A DNA stretch of 29,571 bases from Bacteroidales bacterium. GTDB lineage: Bacteria; Bacteroidota; Bacteroidia; Bacteroidales; NBLH01. The position numbers were made by a program, and so were the translations under genes. Positions 26,680 through 29,571 of this stretch are shown here, in pieces. The stretch's first letter is position 1, and each line of letters opens with the position of its first letter. The notes below the pieces were generated by a model, which saw nothing but the letters and a program-made list of their open reading frames with translations, ran no database searches and was not told the DNA's origin. The DNA is taken from assembly GCA_029210905.1 (NCBI GenBank), contig JARGGF010000001.1, positions 1 through 29,571 of the forward strand, in the 5' to 3' direction.

Positions 26680-26717
26680 CACGGAGATTCACAGAGTCAA
26701 CATAGAGGTTCACAAAG
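26680..26717. repeat. CACAGAG half-array (4 units, 10/11/10 spacing)
   Basis: attg-cacggag 26680, cacagag 26690, catagag 26701, cacaaag 26711; same layout as 20930-20967, including the attg prefix. Confidence 0.8.
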
Positions 26718-26846
26718 TAAAAGCCAAAATTGACTCTATGAATGAAAATTATTGAAACCTAAACAATTAAAGAACGGAATTAAACGATTTATAAATGATT
26801 AGCTATATGTTTACTATTGTTAAACAAAATATCTAACACCTAACAA

Positions 26847-26883
26847 CTCTGTGAAACTCTGTGTTTCTCAGTGAAACTCAGTG
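26847..26883. repeat. CTCTGTG half-array (4 units, 10-bp spacing)
   Basis: ctctgtg 26847 and 26857; ctcagtg 26867 and 26877. Confidence 0.85.
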
Positions 26884-26920
26884 TAACAGATTGTATACCA
26901 ATGAAATAGCAATAAAACGA

Positions 26921-28486
26921 ATGATAAAACTCAAAATTAATAATATAGAAACACAGGTTGAAAATGGAACCTCCGTTCTAAAGGCCGCTGAACAAGCAGG
27001 TTTTAAAATACCTTCCATGTGCTTTAAAGAAGGTTATTCCAATCACCCTTCATGCATGGTGTGCATGGTAAAGGACAATAAAAATGGTAAGCTTTTCCCT
27101 TCCTGTGCCATTGCAGCAACCGAAGGTATGGATATTATTACTGATGATGATGAAGTAAAACAATCAAGAAAGGAAGCACTTGAGCTGTTGCTGAGCGACC
27201 ATGTGGGTGATTGCGAAGCTCCTTGCCAGCCATCATGTCCGGCCAACATGAATATTCCATTGATGAACCGCCTGATTGCCGAAGGAAAATTTGCCGAATC
27301 GCTAAAAGTAGTAAAAGAAGCTATTGCCCTTCCGCTAATTTTGGGCTACATCTGCCCTGCGCCATGCGAAAAGGCTTGTCGTCGCGGACAGATAGATAGC
27401 CCCGTTTCTATTTGTATATTAAAGAAATACGTGGCCGTGGAGGATCTCAAAAACGAAACATTTTACCTGCCCGAAAAACAAAAAAAATCAAATAAAAAAG
27501 TAGCCATCATCGGTTCAGGTCCGGGCGGATTGTCAGCTGCTTTTTATTTATTAAAACTAGGCCACGATTGTGTTATTTTCGATAAAAATGAAAAAGCCGG
27601 AGGAACCCTTCGCTACGAAATTCTTGAAAACCAATTGCCAAACGAGGCTATTGATAAAGAAGTGGAAGTGCTTATAAAATATGGAGCTAAATTTCAATTT
27701 AATACCAACATTACCAAAGAAATTTTTGAAAATGAGATAAGAAAAAATTTCGATGCAATTATTTTAGCTACAGGAAATTACGAAGGTTCAGTTATTGAAA
27801 ATTTTGGTTTTGAAAGTGGTAAATCGGGCATCAATATCAATAAAGATACCTACGAAACCAGTATTCCCGGAATATTTGCCTGTGGAAATATTATCCGTTC
27901 CAGGCGAATGGCCATAAACTCTGTGGCGCAGGGTAAAATTGCAGCTGAATCGGCTCATGCATTTTTGAATGGACAAACACCTGAAGCTAAACATCGTATG
28001 TTCAACTCAAAATTTGCCAAACTTCTTGAAGAAGAGTTTGAGGAATATTTGAAAGAATCAATACCTGAAAACAGGGTTGAACTAGAAAATGGCAAAATGG
28101 GCGATTTTTCAATGGAAGAAGCCATGTTGGAAGCCAAACGCTGCCTGCATTGCGACTGCCGCAAAATTGATAATTGCAAATTGCGCATTTTCTCAGATGA
28201 ATACAGCGCAGATAGAAAAAAATTCGATTTTGGTGAACGAAAAATCATCAAAAAATATGATCAGCATGAATTAGTAATTTACGAATCGGAAAAATGCATC
28301 AGGTGCAATTTATGCGTTGATATCACTATGAAAAACAGTGAGTTAACAGGTTTGTCAAGCATTGGCAGGGGATTCACAGTTGAAATAAATATACCATTTA
28401 ATCAATTATTGAGTGCCGCATTAACTAAAACAGCCATTGATTGTGTTGAATCGTGCCCGACGGGGGCGTTGGCTTTTAAAAAATAG
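26921..28486 (+). CDS. HydA/NuoG-N-terminal Fe-S protein with an inserted, internally truncated GltD/NfnL-like FAD domain (BfuA-like)
   Basis: Start at the ATG at 26921. [2Fe-2S] CFKE...SCMVC...SCA; LLLSDHVGDCEAPC; CPANMNIP...GYICPAPCEKACRR; KVAIIGSGPGGLSAA; TSIPGIFACG; EAKRCLHCDC...CKLR; KCIRCNLC; CVESCPTGAL. Confidence 0.9.
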   Translation: MIKLKINNIETQVENGTSVLKAAEQAGFKIPSMCFKEGYSNHPSCMVCMVKDNKNGKLFPSCAIAATEGMDIITDDDEVKQSRKEALELLLSDHVGDCEAPCQPSCPANMNIPLMNRLIAEGKFAESLKVVKEAIALPLILGYICPAPCEKACRRGQIDSPVSICILKKYVAVEDLKNETFYLPEKQKKSNKKVAIIGSGPGGLSAAFYLLKLGHDCVIFDKNEKAGGTLRYEILENQLPNEAIDKEVEVLIKYGAKFQFNTNITKEIFENEIRKNFDAIILATGNYEGSVIENFGFESGKSGININKDTYETSIPGIFACGNIIRSRRMAINSVAQGKIAAESAHAFLNGQTPEAKHRMFNSKFAKLLEEEFEEYLKESIPENRVELENGKMGDFSMEEAMLEAKRCLHCDCRKIDNCKLRIFSDEYSADRKKFDFGERKIIKKYDQHELVIYESEKCIRCNLCVDITMKNSELTGLSSIGRGFTVEINIPFNQLLSAALTKTAIDCVESCPTGALAFKK

Positions 28487-28532
28487 GACACTGATTTTTA
28501 AGATTATTATTATTTAATATGATACAATCAGC

Positions 28533-28626
28533 CTTTGTGAAAAACTTTGTGAAACATTGTGTTACAATAATAAATTCATAAATAGGAGCACAAAGTCCCT
28601 CAAAGGAATCACAAAGTTCCACCATG
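28533..28626. repeat. Variant inverted array CTTTGTG / CACAAAG
   Basis: ctttgtg 28533 and 28545, cattgtg 28555; spacer; cacaaag 28589, ctcaaag 28599, cacaaag 28610, caccatg 28620. Confidence 0.7.
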
Positions 28627-28639
28627 AAATAAATTAAGA

Positions 28640-29571
28640 ATGAAAAAGATACTTGCACTGTTATTTCTAATCTTTCCTTTAATTTCAAAAGCCCAAAGTT
28701 CCACCTGCTGGCCATCCTTTAGGGGTAATTCAGCAATGACTGGCACAACTAACATTAAATTATCCAACTCGCCAGAACTGCTTTGGTCTTTTAAAACAGG
28801 TGATGGAATTAAATCATCGCCAATTTATTGCAATAAAAATATATTTATTGGTTCAAACGATGGATTTGTTTATTCGATTTCATCAAAGGGAAAGTTAAAC
28901 TGGAAATATAAAACAACAGCTTCTATAGAAGCCGCTCCACTTTATCTTAATCATATTCTTTATGTCAGTTCACTTGAAGGTATTTTATATTCCATTGATG
29001 CCTTATCCGGCAAATTAAAATGGAAATATGCTACTGAAGGTCAGATTTCAGGCTCTTCAACCTGGGTATTTTCGCCAGATAAAAAAAGTAAATACGTTCT
29101 TACTGGCAGCTACGATTATTTTTTGCATGCAGTAGACATGAATACAGGAAAAGCAGTCTGGAAGTATGAAGCTGACAATTACATCAATGGAGCACCCTGT
29201 ACCAATGGAAAAGTAGCACTTTTTGGTGGCTGCGATGGCTATCTGCATATTGTTGATGTTCAGACAGGTAAGGCAGAAAAACTGGATATTGGAACCTATA
29301 TAGCTTCTTCTGCGGCAATCAGCGACAGCCTGTGTTTTTTTGGCAATTACGATGGTGATTTTTATTGTGCAGATTTTGCGAACAAAAAAATCATATGGAA
29401 ACATACAGGATCAGGTCCGTTTTTAGCTTCTCCTGCGGTGTTTGGAAATAAAGTAATTATTGGTTCACAGGACAAAACCATATATTGTTTTAATAAGACA
29501 GATGGAAAAGTATTGTGGAAGTTTAAAACCCTGGGTAAAGTCGATGGATCCGCAATAATATCAGGAGATAA
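28640..29571 (+). CDS. Secreted BamB/PQQ-like beta-propeller protein (partial, runs off the right edge; absent from the ORF track)
   Basis: Hand translation: MKKILALLFLIFPLISKAQSSTCWPSFRGNSAMTG...LLWSFKTGDGIKSSP...LNWKYKT...LKWKYATEG...GSYDYFLHAVD...AVWKYEADNYINGAP...FGGCDGYLHIVD...; no stop before 29571. Confidence 0.9.
   Translation, partial: MKKILALLFLIFPLISKAQSSTCWPSFRGNSAMTGTTNIKLSNSPELLWSFKTGDGIKSSPIYCNKNIFIGSNDGFVYSISSKGKLNWKYKTTASIEAAPLYLNHILYVSSLEGILYSIDALSGKLKWKYATEGQISGSSTWVFSPDKKSKYVLTGSYDYFLHAVDMNTGKAVWKYEADNYINGAPCTNGKVALFGGCDGYLHIVDVQTGKAEKLDIGTYIASSAAISDSLCFFGNYDGDFYCADFANKKIIWKHTGSGPFLASPAVFGNKVIIGSQDKTIYCFNKTDGKVLWKFKTLGKVDGSAIISGD

Noticed and set aside
22911-28486. Calling the locus respiratory complex I (nuoEFG) or an FeFe-hydrogenase (hydABC)
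   Set aside because: No Nuo membrane or Q-module genes are present. The A-like subunit has no H-cluster motifs and no Mo-bisPGD domain, and ends after the ferredoxin motif.
679-28715. Numerous short ORFs in the track antisense to or nested within long genes (e.g. 679-903, 3114-3341, 4132-4416, 5237-5461, 16945-17292, 17698-18105, 19839-20165, 24426-24955, 27955-28251, 28476-28715)
   Set aside because: They overlap well-supported genes with clear family motifs and have no recognisable motifs themselves; typical shadow ORFs.
29057-29404. 115 aa - strand ORF in the track
   Set aside because: It is antisense to the open beta-propeller CDS starting at 28640, which the track missed because it lacks a stop in the window.
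1-29571. Prophage, integrase, transposase, tRNA or rRNA
   Set aside because: No ORF with recombinase, transposase or phage motifs, and no tRNA cloverleaf or rRNA-like segment was recognised.

Overview
AT-rich (roughly 35% GC by eye) bacterial chromosomal segment, most likely from an anaerobic or facultative Bacteroidota (Bacteroidia-like) organism. The assignment rests on TAnnTTTG -7 promoter boxes, the fused E1alpha/beta 2-oxoacid dehydrogenase with E2 and flavodoxin, and lipoprotein/thioredoxin-TPR types. Left part: partial membrane protein, thioredoxin-TPR, a ParE-type toxin-antitoxin pair, an orphan immunity-like gene, ruvC, an EamA transporter, a SpoIIE/PP2C phosphatase, a monoheme cytochrome c and a DCC oxidoreductase. 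Middle: a sulfur-handling cluster (YD-like lipoprotein, double-rhodanese lipoprotein, two Cys-less rhodaneses of which one ends in a SoxY-like GGC tail, split YeeE/YedE pair), an M28 peptidase and an E2-E1-flavodoxin operon. Right (18.7-29.6 kb, runs off the window): an apparently uncharacterised redox operon. It encodes a small RR-motif Cys4 protein, an RR-motif polyferredoxin, a NapH/MauN-like membrane Fe-S protein, two BamB/PQQ-like beta-propellers, a NuoE+NuoF (HydC-HydB/BfuC-BfuB) fusion with electron-bifurcation-type motifs, and a HydA/NuoG-N-terminal/GltD hybrid that has lost its NAD(P)H-binding domain and has no catalytic domain. A MutS-ATPase-only gene interrupts it. Most gene junctions carry short-period repeat microfamilies, including 10-bp-phased CTCTGTG/CACAGAG inverted arrays. 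No rRNA, tRNA, CRISPR array, integrase or transposase was seen. All product calls come from motif recognition without database searches.
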